64,000 bases of DNA. Origin: Escherichia phage pEC-M719-6WT.2. The stretch lies in the sequence record OQ845958.1; one strand, 5' to 3'. The translations under genes and the position numbers were made by a program. The notes beneath the pieces are model-generated. The model was not told the DNA's origin, searched no databases, and worked only from the letters and a program-made list of their open reading frames with translations. This document shows, in pieces, positions 38,622-46,775 of this stretch (positions are counted from its first letter, which is position 1; every line of letters begins with the position of its first letter).

Positions 38622-40117
38622 ATTTCCACCTGTTTAATTACATAGTTAAACCGTTCATCAGCATATCTTTGTATACGTTCAAGGCCATGCTTTAGGGCAA
38701 AGTTCAAATGAACATATTTCTTTTTAGCATTTGCCGATTTAGGTTTAACACCCATATCGTCAACGATATCAAAAACGTTTGCTTGTGATTTGGATTCATG
38801 TTTTCGAAGCACGCGGCCAATTGTCTGGAGTACAATTACCTTTGACTTGACCGGGTGAGCGAAAATAATATGATGGAGGTTTTTAACGGAAATACCCGTC
38901 GAGAATACACCGTATGAAGCTACAACAATAATTCCTTTTCCATTCTCTGCCATGACCTTTAATGCATTACGAGTTTCGGTATCAACTTCCCCGGAAACAT
39001 AATACACTTTCTCATGACCAGCTTCCTTAAGCATTTCAAACATCGATTTGCCATGCTCGATATTCTTAAACATCAAAAAGACGTTTTCATCTTTTTTAGC
39101 AAGCTTGAGAGCAAGATTTGTTACCCATTTATTTCGGCGTGTAGCTTTTGTAATTACCTTAATTTCATCCTGATAAGTTTTACCTTTCATTTTAACGGTA
39201 AATTCATCAGGGTAACGAAGGAAAATACTATTTATTTTAAGGTCAGTAACCTGTCCATCTTCCATCAATTTAGATGTGGATACTGGTTTAAAGATATCAC
39301 CAAACAGACCCATATATTGCATAAGGTTGGCTTTGCCGTCACGGAGTGAACCTGACAAACCAAATTTAAACGTACAATTCGTAAGGCCTTCGATAACCGT
39401 CGAAATTGATTTACCTGTCGCCATATGACATTCGTCATTCATAAACTGGCCAAACTGTTCAAACCATTCTTTAGGTTGTTTTACAGCCGTCTGATAAGTC
39501 GATACATAAATCATCGCATCAGAATCGCGTTTGGTACCAGAACGAATACCCAGACAAGCTTCACGAGGGAACAGACGATAATCAACAAAGTCATTAATCA
39601 TCTGGTCAACGAGCGCAGTTGTAGGAACAAGGATAAGTACTTTGCCTTCATAGTTCTCGAGATAATATCGCGCCAGAAGCGCCTGGATGAGACTTTTACC
39701 TGCAGACGTAGGTAAGTTCAGAATCTTTCTTCTGTTGACCAGACCATCATATACGGCGTCAGATTGATACCAATGGGGAGTTATCTTGGTATTGCCTGAA
39801 TAGATTTCTTTTGACTCGACCCATTTGTCGAATTCTTCGCGAGAGATTTCTTCTTTCTCTGTGATTTGTGGGTCAATCCAGAATGAATAGCCAAACTGGT
39901 CAGCGAACTTTTTAATTTGATTAACCAAACCGTATGGTAATTTACGATTGTAATCCAGGAGGCGGATTCGTCCGTCCCAAACTCCCTGCTTGAATTTTGG
40001 ATTGAAGCGATAGTTTTCAGCTTCGAAGCTGAAGTAATCACGGAGTTCGTAGAAGATTCCATCTTCACATTCAACATGCACGTGACTAAAATTTAGAAAG
40101 TTGATTTTAATATCCAT
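38618..40117 (-). CDS. uvsW: UvsW ATP-dependent DNA/RNA helicase (start at internal ATG; ORF track extends to 40156)
   Basis: About 499 aa from MDIKINF; helicase motifs NLPTSAGKS, DECH, GLSGSLRDGKA; matches T4 UvsW from memory. The ORF-track start lies upstream of the late promoter. Confidence 0.95.
   Translation of the reverse strand: MDIKINFLNFSHVHVECEDGIFYELRDYFSFEAENYRFNPKFKQGVWDGRIRLLDYNRKLPYGLVNQIKKFADQFGYSFWIDPQITEKEEISREEFDKWVESKEIYSGNTKITPHWYQSDAVYDGLVNRRKILNLPTSAGKSLIQALLARYYLENYEGKVLILVPTTALVDQMINDFVDYRLFPREACLGIRSGTKRDSDAMIYVSTYQTAVKQPKEWFEQFGQFMNDECHMATGKSISTVIEGLTNCTFKFGLSGSLRDGKANLMQYMGLFGDIFKPVSTSKLMEDGQVTDLKINSIFLRYPDEFTVKMKGKTYQDEIKVITKATRRNKWVTNLALKLAKKDENVFLMFKNIEHGKSMFEMLKEAGHEKVYYVSGEVDTETRNALKVMAENGKGIIVVASYGVFSTGISVKNLHHIIFAHPVKSKVIVLQTIGRVLRKHESKSQANVFDIVDDMGVKPKSANAKKKYVHLNFALKHGLERIQRYADERFNYVIKQVEI
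38622..38640. repeat. 19-bp direct repeat copy 2 (atttccacctgtttaatta), at the 3' end of uvsW
   Basis: Exact copy; both uvsW and the HNH protein end in the peptide KQVEI followed by stop. Confidence 0.85.
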
Positions 40118-40144
40118 GATGATTCCAAGGTAATAAATATATCT

Positions 40145-40152
40145 ATATTTAT
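40145..40152 (-). promoter_or_regulatory. late promoter (TATAAATA on minus strand) for uvsW
   Basis: Forward TATTTATA about 28 nt upstream of the uvsW ATG. Confidence 0.5.
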
Positions 40153-40171
40153 ACACTAACCGAGGTTCATC

Positions 40172-40837
40172 ATGATTGACAAGAACTACATTGAGGAAAT
40201 TCGTGTCCTCGAGAAAAAAGAAGCCAAAGAAAAATTAGCCGAATACGCAGCATCACTTGGCGTTGATGTTAAGAAAACAAAAACCTTTGATAATATGTTG
40301 GCTGACCTGGAAGCAGGACTTAAAGCATTTGCTGACATGCCTATGCCTGATGATAATGAAGGTCTGAGCATCACTGACCTTATCGATGCCGACGATGAAT
40401 TGTCAGGTGCTAAATTTGATGGCGATGAGTCAGCTAAAGAAGAAGCTAAACTCTTATTTGATGCTCCAACCGAAGCAAAGGTTGAAGTTGTTGAAATCGA
40501 AGAACCAGTTGTTTTGGTCGAAGAAGATGTTCCTTTTATCGAAGAAAAGTTCGAAGCAGCTGTTGCTAAGGTTGTCGAATCTGAAAAACCTGTATTTGCT
40601 CTGCCAAAAAACTTTAGTCCAAATCTTATGCTTATTGGCAAGAACCCTGGATTCTGTACTGTTCCGTGGTGGATTTATCAGTGGATTGCCGAGACTCCGG
40701 ATTGGAAAGAACGTCCAACTGCTTTCCCACATCCCACCGCGCATCAAACCCTATTCAGTTTGATTTATTACATCAATCGTAATGGGTCTGTTCTAGTACG
40801 AGAAACTCGTAACTCATCTTTTGTCACTTTAAAATAA
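40172..40837 (+). CDS. hypothetical acidic protein; possibly Inh-like (prohead protease inhibitor) by position
   Basis: 221 aa, highly acidic, adjacent to hoc as T4 inh is; no sequence memory to confirm. Confidence 0.3.
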   Translation: MIDKNYIEEIRVLEKKEAKEKLAEYAASLGVDVKKTKTFDNMLADLEAGLKAFADMPMPDDNEGLSITDLIDADDELSGAKFDGDESAKEEAKLLFDAPTEAKVEVVEIEEPVVLVEEDVPFIEEKFEAAVAKVVESEKPVFALPKNFSPNLMLIGKNPGFCTVPWWIYQWIAETPDWKERPTAFPHPTAHQTLFSLIYYINRNGSVLVRETRNSSFVTLK

Positions 40838-40846
40838 GGGTTTATT

Positions 40847-41980
40847 ATGGCTTATACCGTAGCTATTGCTCCTTTGGCGGCTACGGCCGTTATTGGAGCA
40901 ACAACCAATTTCACTGCAACCGGCTCTGGTGCTGCAGCTGAAGGTGTTGAATCATTTGTATGGACCGTTGATGGCGTTCCTCAATCTTCTGTGACTGCAG
41001 CAATGGATTATGTCGCTGTTGGCCCAGCAGGCAGTAAGACTATTAAAGTTGTTGCAACTACCACTCCGGCAGACGGTGAACCGGAAACTGCTGAGGCTGA
41101 GACAACTTTAACTATCCAGAATAAAACAATGCCTGCTATTACATTGACTTTAGACCCTGCCTCTGTTACTAAAGAAGTGGGGCAATCTCAAGTTGTTACT
41201 GCTAACGTGACAGGCGCTCCTTCTGGTGCAACAATCGCTTACGTTTGGAAACGTAACACTAGCGTAATCGCAGGTCAAACTGGTAAAACTATTACCGTCA
41301 CCGAATCAGCAGAAGCAAATTATACATTGAACTGTGAAGTTACTGTTTCTGCACCCGATTATAATAATGGCACCGCATCTAAAGGAGCTGCGGTAACTTT
41401 TGTTAAGAAAACTATGTCGGGTGTTTCTGTTACTTTAGCACCGACCTCTATTAATGTTCCTGAAGGAACTCCGGCTTCTTTTAAAGCTACTGTAGCCGGT
41501 GCGCCTGCTGGTGCTACTTTTGCCTATTCTTGGAAGAAAGATGGTTCACCAGTCGCTGGTACCACGGATACTTTGGCAATCGATACAAGCGCCGAAGGTT
41601 CCCAGTTAATTGAAGTTTCTGTTGTTGTATCTGCTACAGATTATAACCCTGTAACCGTTACCAAAACTGGTAATGTAACAGTCACGGCTAAAGTCGCACC
41701 AGTTCCAGATGGCGAATTACCATATATTCACCCATTGCCAGTACGTAATTCAGCTTATATCTGGTGTGGTTGGTGGGTTATGGATGAAATTCAGAAAATG
41801 ACTCTTGCTGGGCAAGACTGGAAAACTGATGACCCAGATAGCCCGTATTATTTGCACCGATACACACTTCAAAAAATGATTACCGACTATCCAGAGGTTG
41901 ATGTACAAGAATCTCGTAATGGTCGAGTTATTCATCGCACCGCTTTAGAAACTGGTATTATATACGATTACGTTTATTAA
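40847..41980 (+). CDS. hoc: highly immunogenic outer capsid protein Hoc (tandem Ig-like domains)
   Basis: 377 aa (T4 Hoc 376); three repeated about 90-aa Thr/Val-rich Ig-like modules plus C-terminal Trp-rich capsid-binding domain. Confidence 0.8.
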   Translation: MAYTVAIAPLAATAVIGATTNFTATGSGAAAEGVESFVWTVDGVPQSSVTAAMDYVAVGPAGSKTIKVVATTTPADGEPETAEAETTLTIQNKTMPAITLTLDPASVTKEVGQSQVVTANVTGAPSGATIAYVWKRNTSVIAGQTGKTITVTESAEANYTLNCEVTVSAPDYNNGTASKGAAVTFVKKTMSGVSVTLAPTSINVPEGTPASFKATVAGAPAGATFAYSWKKDGSPVAGTTDTLAIDTSAEGSQLIEVSVVVSATDYNPVTVTKTGNVTVTAKVAPVPDGELPYIHPLPVRNSAYIWCGWWVMDEIQKMTLAGQDWKTDDPDSPYYLHRYTLQKMITDYPEVDVQESRNGRVIHRTALETGIIYDYVY

Positions 41981-42010
41981 TTAAAAAGGGACCTTCGGGT
42001 CCCTTTATTT
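41981..42010 (+). terminator. intrinsic terminator (GGGACC-UUCG-GGUCCC + U-tract)
   Basis: aaaagggaccttcgggtccctttatttttatgg. Confidence 0.7.
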
Positions 42011-42147
42011 TTATGGTACTGAGCAAACGTTGCCTGGCCCCTTCTCCGGTAAGTCCTTGTGGTCATACCATAACAATTGTTCATCTGGCATAAAAATCAT
42101 GTTTACAAGTTAAAAATTCCATGTTAAGATAGCTTCACTAACTCAAC

Positions 42148-42351
42148 ATGAGAATCATTATGGATAAGGTTAAAGTACATTTTTTGCATGAATCTGGCAT
42201 GACATTTATTGAAATCGCCAAGGTATTAGGCGGGACTGCTAAAGAGATGGCAAAGGCCTGGGTTGATGTAGAACAAGCCAAAGCTAAATTTAAAGCGAAA
42301 GAAAAGATTGTTTATCGTAAACGTTTGAATAACAAAAAGGTGAAGAAATGA
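42148..42351 (+). CDS. hypothetical small basic protein, possible HTH
   Basis: 67 aa; MTFIEIAKVLGGTAKEMAK helix-turn-helix-like; early-type promoter (GTTTACAA) upstream. Confidence 0.4.
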   Translation: MRIIMDKVKVHFLHESGMTFIEIAKVLGGTAKEMAKAWVDVEQAKAKFKAKEKIVYRKRLNNKKVKK

Positions 42352-42611
42352 CATTCGCAGAAGAACTACGCCAAATAGCCAAAGAGTCACAAGATAAAGT
42401 TGCAAATGACTTTATTTCTATATTTCGCAAAGTGGCTATTGCCGCCGCCGAGAACGGCAAAGATGCTGTTAATATGGCAGTTTCTGAAAAAGAGTATGAA
42501 GAAGGAAACCGCGCAAAGATATCTGAATTTCTGCGAGCAGAAAAATTTACATCTTTTACCTGGAATTATGATTGGCAAGAATCCAAGCCAATGCTGTATG
42601 TAAAATTCTGA
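42348..42611 (+). CDS. hypothetical protein
   Basis: 87-aa ORF overlapping the upstream stop. Confidence 0.4.
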   Translation: MTFAEELRQIAKESQDKVANDFISIFRKVAIAAAENGKDAVNMAVSEKEYEEGNRAKISEFLRAEKFTSFTWNYDWQESKPMLYVKF

Positions 42612-42617
42612 CCCTTT

Positions 42618-42654
42618 TTGCTTCAAATAAAAATGCGGTATAATGGTTCTAGAC
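42618..42654 (+). promoter_or_regulatory. MotA-type middle promoter upstream of rnlB
   Basis: tTGCTTCAA, 13 nt, TATAAT, then conserved leader GGTTCTAGACCC. Confidence 0.5.
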
Positions 42655-42741
42655 CCTTTGTGACTATTAATTCCTTTCAAAGAAAGAAAGTATAGCGGGT
42701 CTAATTTATAATGATATTTATAACATCAAAAGTGAGAGATT

Positions 42742-43749
42742 ATGTTTAAGAAATACAACAGCCTTGAAAATCACTATAATAACAAGTTCATTGAAAAGAT
42801 TCGCCTGCAAGGCTTCACCAGCGGTGAATGGGTAGCTCGTGAGAAAATTCATGGTACCAACTTTTCATTAATCATTGAACAAGACAATGTGACATGCGCG
42901 AAACGCACTGGACCTATTCTACCTGCAGAAGATTTCTATGGTTATGAAATTGTATTAAAGAACTACGCAGATTCTATTAAATCTGTGCAGAAACTTTTGC
43001 AGGATATTAATTACCAGGCTTACCAGATTTATGGCGAGTTTGCTGGTACAGGTATTCAGAAGAATGTGGATTACGGCGATAAAGATTTCTATGTGTTTGA
43101 TATCCGCGTTACTAAGGAAGATGGCTCTGAATCCGTCCTGACTGACACACTTATGGAAGCCTTTTGTATTATTCATAAGTTTAAAGTTGCCCCACGCCTG
43201 GCCACAGGTAGCTTTGAAGACTTGATTAAGCTCCCTAATGACCTGGATTCTGTGGTCCCTGATTACAATTTTACAGTGGATAACGCAGGATTGACTACAG
43301 CAAATACCACTGATTTTGATGCAAAGGTGGAAGGTAAAGTATTCACTGCTGAAGGATTTGTATTAAAACCTGATGTTCCTGCATGGTTACCTAACGGTGA
43401 GCGCGTAGCGATTAAATGCAAGAACTCTAAATTCAGTGAAAAGAAAAAGTCTGATAAGCCTATTAAAGCTGCAGTTGTGTTGTCACAGGAAGACCTGGAT
43501 GTTTTATGGAAGTTCACTGATTATGTGACTGTTAACCGCATCAATAATGTTATCAGTAAGATTGGGGAAGTATCGCCGAAGGATTTTGGGAAGGTAATGG
43601 GTTTGACTGTCCAGGATATCCTGGAAGAAGCGGGTCGTGAAGGCCTTGAATTAACCCAGACGGAAAATCCTGTTGAAGTTAAAAAGCAACTTATCGCAAA
43701 TGTAAGAGAAACATTAAGACATGTTTGGATTGCATTAATTAGTGAATAA
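42742..43749 (+). CDS. rnlB: RNA ligase 2
   Basis: 335 aa; MFKKYxSLENHYNxKFIEK, [34 protein letters not shown] match T4 Rnl2 from memory. Confidence 0.95.
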   Translation: MFKKYNSLENHYNNKFIEKIRLQGFTSGEWVAREKIHGTNFSLIIEQDNVTCAKRTGPILPAEDFYGYEIVLKNYADSIKSVQKLLQDINYQAYQIYGEFAGTGIQKNVDYGDKDFYVFDIRVTKEDGSESVLTDTLMEAFCIIHKFKVAPRLATGSFEDLIKLPNDLDSVVPDYNFTVDNAGLTTANTTDFDAKVEGKVFTAEGFVLKPDVPAWLPNGERVAIKCKNSKFSEKKKSDKPIKAAVVLSQEDLDVLWKFTDYVTVNRINNVISKIGEVSPKDFGKVMGLTVQDILEEAGREGLELTQTENPVEVKKQLIANVRETLRHVWIALISE

Positions 43750-43780
43750 AAAAGGGCCACAAGGCCCTTATTCTTTTTCC
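43750..43780. terminator. bidirectional intrinsic terminator (GGGCC-ACAA-GGCCC)
   Basis: Palindromic stem flanked by A-run and T-run, between convergent rnlB (+) and the gene 24 paralog (-). Confidence 0.6.
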
Positions 43781-45051
43781 AGCGGTGGAAGTTTAACACC
43801 AAGATAAGAACTCAATTGACTTTGGTTAGCCATCTTATCCATATCAGCTCCATCAATAAGGCGAGCTTCTTTATCATCTTTAGCAACGGTGTAAGGGTTT
43901 GCAGTCAAAGCATAACGAGCTAACAGTGCAACCGTAGGCTGTAAGCTTTCAGGGTCAACAATAACCTTGAATTCCCCAACCGAGGTATCACCCTCATCAT
44001 CAACTTCGCTAAGCCCTTCCGTATAAGGCGCATAATACAAAGATGCGACCGTCTGACCCTCGCCCATATCCGCATTTACACCAACAATAACATAATCGCA
44101 TGGACTATTCATATCTGCATAAAGAGGCAAACCGTTCTTCAGAACACCATAGGCCAATTCATCCTGGTCTTCCTTTTTCTCAACCCAACCAGAAGCGGCT
44201 AAAATAGCTGCACAACGGGAAGAAGCAACCGCATATGTACCAGCAAATGAAGTCTGACGTTGAACTGCAGAATTCATTTCACACATATAATAATACAGGG
44301 TTCGCGCGCGGTCCTGTGCGTTATCATATTTCGGGTCAGTGAGATTCAACACGCCTTTTTCAGAAACACCTTGTACCTTGAAGCGGGAACTAACAGTAAT
44401 AAGGGATTGCAATACATCCTTATTAATTTCCTCCGCCATTTGAATACCGAGAATATTATCGATGAAGTCTGTTGCATCGAAACCGTTTGCTTCCAGGTCC
44501 TGGGCAAGCTCGACAGTTAAAGAAGTTTTCAACTTTCTGGATTTAACTTCAGTCTGCCATTTATCGATACGGAACCCAGCTTCAGCAATTTCAGGATGCC
44601 CCTTTTCAAATTTATCAGTGAAAGCAGCATCTGACATCATTCTTATATGTCCAGCAGCAATGGCTTCAGAAATAACTTCACCTAAATCAGTTTCGAGTGT
44701 CCCGGCGAATGGTGATGCTTCCAGAACTTTGAATACAACGCTTTCAAACTGAAACATATCGCCGACTGCATAAGCTTCGTCTTTGTTTGTAAATTCTGGA
44801 ATATTCTTACGCTCGAACATACCAATCTGACCTGCAAATGTTGCTCCACCGAGATAAGTCATTTTATCATCTGGGTTCAGAACACGAACACCATACAGGG
44901 CTGCAACAGGCTGGGTAGTTTTCTGTTCGGCCACGAGCGCTTTAAAAATTCGTTTATTCGTAGCCTGAGTATAAGAAAGCAAATTAGGACGGGCGACCTG
45001 GTTGGCCGCCGTTAATGTTGATTCGTGAATTAGTGCATTAATCTTTTGCAT
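43768..45051 (-). CDS. gp24-like capsid vertex protein paralog (second copy)
   Basis: 427 aa; roughly half identical by eye to the adjacent gp24 and to T4 gp24 (KSRKLKTxLTVELAQDLEANGF, EINKDVLQSLITVS). Confidence 0.85.
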   Translation of the reverse strand: MQKINALIHESTLTAANQVARPNLLSYTQATNKRIFKALVAEQKTTQPVAALYGVRVLNPDDKMTYLGGATFAGQIGMFERKNIPEFTNKDEAYAVGDMFQFESVVFKVLEASPFAGTLETDLGEVISEAIAAGHIRMMSDAAFTDKFEKGHPEIAEAGFRIDKWQTEVKSRKLKTSLTVELAQDLEANGFDATDFIDNILGIQMAEEINKDVLQSLITVSSRFKVQGVSEKGVLNLTDPKYDNAQDRARTLYYYMCEMNSAVQRQTSFAGTYAVASSRCAAILAASGWVEKKEDQDELAYGVLKNGLPLYADMNSPCDYVIVGVNADMGEGQTVASLYYAPYTEGLSEVDDEGDTSVGEFKVIVDPESLQPTVALLARYALTANPYTVAKDDKEARLIDGADMDKMANQSQLSSYLGVKLPPLEKE

Positions 45052-46332
45052 TTACGCCTCATAAATGATTGGCGGAAGTTTAACACCGAGCAGATAAGAC
45101 ATATTGCTCTGACCGGCCATTAAATCCATATTGGTTGCATCGATAATACGAGCTTCTTTATCGTCTTTAGCAACGGTGTACGGGTTAGCTGAAAGTGCGT
45201 AACGAACCATCAGAGAGATAGATGGCTGCAAGCTGTCTGGGTCCACAATGACCTTAAACGCACCAACGTGCTCTTCATCATCCAAGTCCAGGCCTTCGGT
45301 ATAAGGAGCATAGAAAATTGAGCCTACGACTTCGTTTCCGCCGTAATTTTCTTTAACACCAACAGTTACATAATCCAATGGACTGTTAACATCACAGAAT
45401 ACAGGGAGGCCATTAATCAAATAACCGTACGCTGTTTCGGGGAGCCACTGTTCGTCTTCTGGCCTGTGTTTCAACCAACCAGAACCGGCCAACATAGCAG
45501 CAACACGGCTAGAGGCAACAACAAAGGTACCGGAATAAGATGTAGTTTTCTGAATTTCGGAGTTCATTTCGCAAACCAGTTCGTACAGTTTACGTGCACC
45601 TTCTGGGGCTGCATCGTATGTTAAATCGATGGTGCCATTGTCAGAAACGCCAGTTACTTTATAACGCTTGGAAACGGTAATAAGAGACTGAAGAACATCT
45701 TTGTTAATTTCATCTGCCATAATAGTGGCAAGCAGGTCTTCTAAGAAAGCAGGAGCATTAAAACCATTTGCTTCCATATCCTGGGCAAGTTCAACAGTTA
45801 ATGCAGTTTTCAATTTACGTGTTTTAACCGGAGCATTCCATTTGTTAACCTGGAATACAGCATTGCTAATTTCAACATCACCGGCTTCGAATTTTTCAGT
45901 GTGTGCGGCATCAGGAACAAGGCGAATAGTCGATGCAATAAGACCTTCTTGCAGAACATCAGATAACACTGTTTCTGTGGTCGATGCAAATGGATTATCA
46001 ACCAGAGCTTTGTAAACGATATTTTGGTATTTTACATATTCGCCTTTAGCCACAGGCTGAGTGGCTGTAGTTAATTCTGGAATAGTTGTGCGGTCTTTAG
46101 AACCGACTTCGCCTCCATAAGTAGCGCCCGTCTGGAAACTGAATTCATTATCAGGAGTAAGATATTTAACACCATACAGTGCAGCAACAGGTTGGTTAGT
46201 ACGTTGTTCAGCGATGATATCGCGGTAAATCAATTTAGTCGTAGCGCGGGTCAAAGCAACAAGATTCGGGCGGCCCAAGGAGTTGCTGGTAGTAATAGTT
46301 GACTCGCGCAGTAATTTGTTAATCTTTGCCAT
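45052..46332 (-). CDS. 24: capsid vertex protein gp24
   Basis: 426 aa; N-terminus MAKINxLLRESTxTxSNSxGRPNLVALTRATTKLIY and much of the body match T4 gp24 from memory. Confidence 0.92.
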   Translation of the reverse strand: MAKINKLLRESTITTSNSLGRPNLVALTRATTKLIYRDIIAEQRTNQPVAALYGVKYLTPDNEFSFQTGATYGGEVGSKDRTTIPELTTATQPVAKGEYVKYQNIVYKALVDNPFASTTETVLSDVLQEGLIASTIRLVPDAAHTEKFEAGDVEISNAVFQVNKWNAPVKTRKLKTALTVELAQDMEANGFNAPAFLEDLLATIMADEINKDVLQSLITVSKRYKVTGVSDNGTIDLTYDAAPEGARKLYELVCEMNSEIQKTTSYSGTFVVASSRVAAMLAGSGWLKHRPEDEQWLPETAYGYLINGLPVFCDVNSPLDYVTVGVKENYGGNEVVGSIFYAPYTEGLDLDDEEHVGAFKVIVDPDSLQPSISLMVRYALSANPYTVAKDDKEARIIDATNMDLMAGQSNMSYLLGVKLPPIIYEA

Positions 46333-46358
46333 TTGCGCTTTCCTTTTGTGATATACTT

Positions 46359-46366
46359 TATTTATA
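46359..46366 (-). promoter_or_regulatory. late promoter (TATAAATA on minus strand) for gene 24
   Basis: Forward TATTTATA about 25 nt upstream of the gp24 ATG; back-to-back with a plus-strand early promoter. Confidence 0.55.
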
Positions 46367-46372
46367 AAAGTT

Positions 46373-46420
46373 GTTTACAACCAGATTAAGATAAGACATA
46401 ATGATTCCATACTGAGTTAA
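46373..46420 (+). promoter_or_regulatory. early promoter cassette (GTTTACAA in short hairpin ... CATAAT)
   Basis: gttGTTTACAAc ... cataatgattccatactgagtta; leader nearly identical to the cassette at 22154. Confidence 0.5.
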
Positions 46421-46443
46421 CAAACAAAACCTGGAGTTTAAAA

Positions 46444-46725
46444 ATGAACAAAGCAACTTTCCTTCTGAACACCTTTAAAAAATTGGAAATTGAAGTTATT
46501 GCATTGGTCAACAAATACCCAAATGGTGTTAATGGTAATGCTCTGAACAAACTAGTTAAAAAATATGAAAACTTAGCATATGACACTGATTTCTGGTGGA
46601 ATGGTAATTATTCTACTCACACTAAAGATAAAAATGGTAACTGGTTGAAACTTCAAGAAAACAATGTTAACTTCAGAGACCTCATCAAGCGCCGGGTAGA
46701 AGTTCATTTAAATGGTATGGTATGA
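46444..46725 (+). CDS. hypothetical early protein inserted between late genes 24 and 23
   Basis: 93-aa ORF on the opposite strand to flanking capsid genes, with its own promoter and terminator. Confidence 0.55.
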   Translation: MNKATFLLNTFKKLEIEVIALVNKYPNGVNGNALNKLVKKYENLAYDTDFWWNGNYSTHTKDKNGNWLKLQENNVNFRDLIKRRVEVHLNGMV

Positions 46726-46730
46726 AAACA

Positions 46731-46766
46731 AGAAAGGGACCTCAAGGGTCCCTTTTTATTTAACTT
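46731..46766. terminator. bidirectional intrinsic terminator (GGGACC-UCAA-GGGUCCC)
   Basis: aagaaagggacctcaagggtccctttttattt; serves ORF 46444 (+) and gene 23 (-). Confidence 0.65.
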
Positions 46767-46775
46767 AATCTAGGA

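Noticed and set aside
40118-40156. N-terminal extension of uvsW in the ORF track (start at 40156)
   Set aside because: The extension begins at a non-ATG codon and spans the late promoter TATAAATA; the ATG at 40117 (MDIKINF) matches the T4 UvsW N-terminus.
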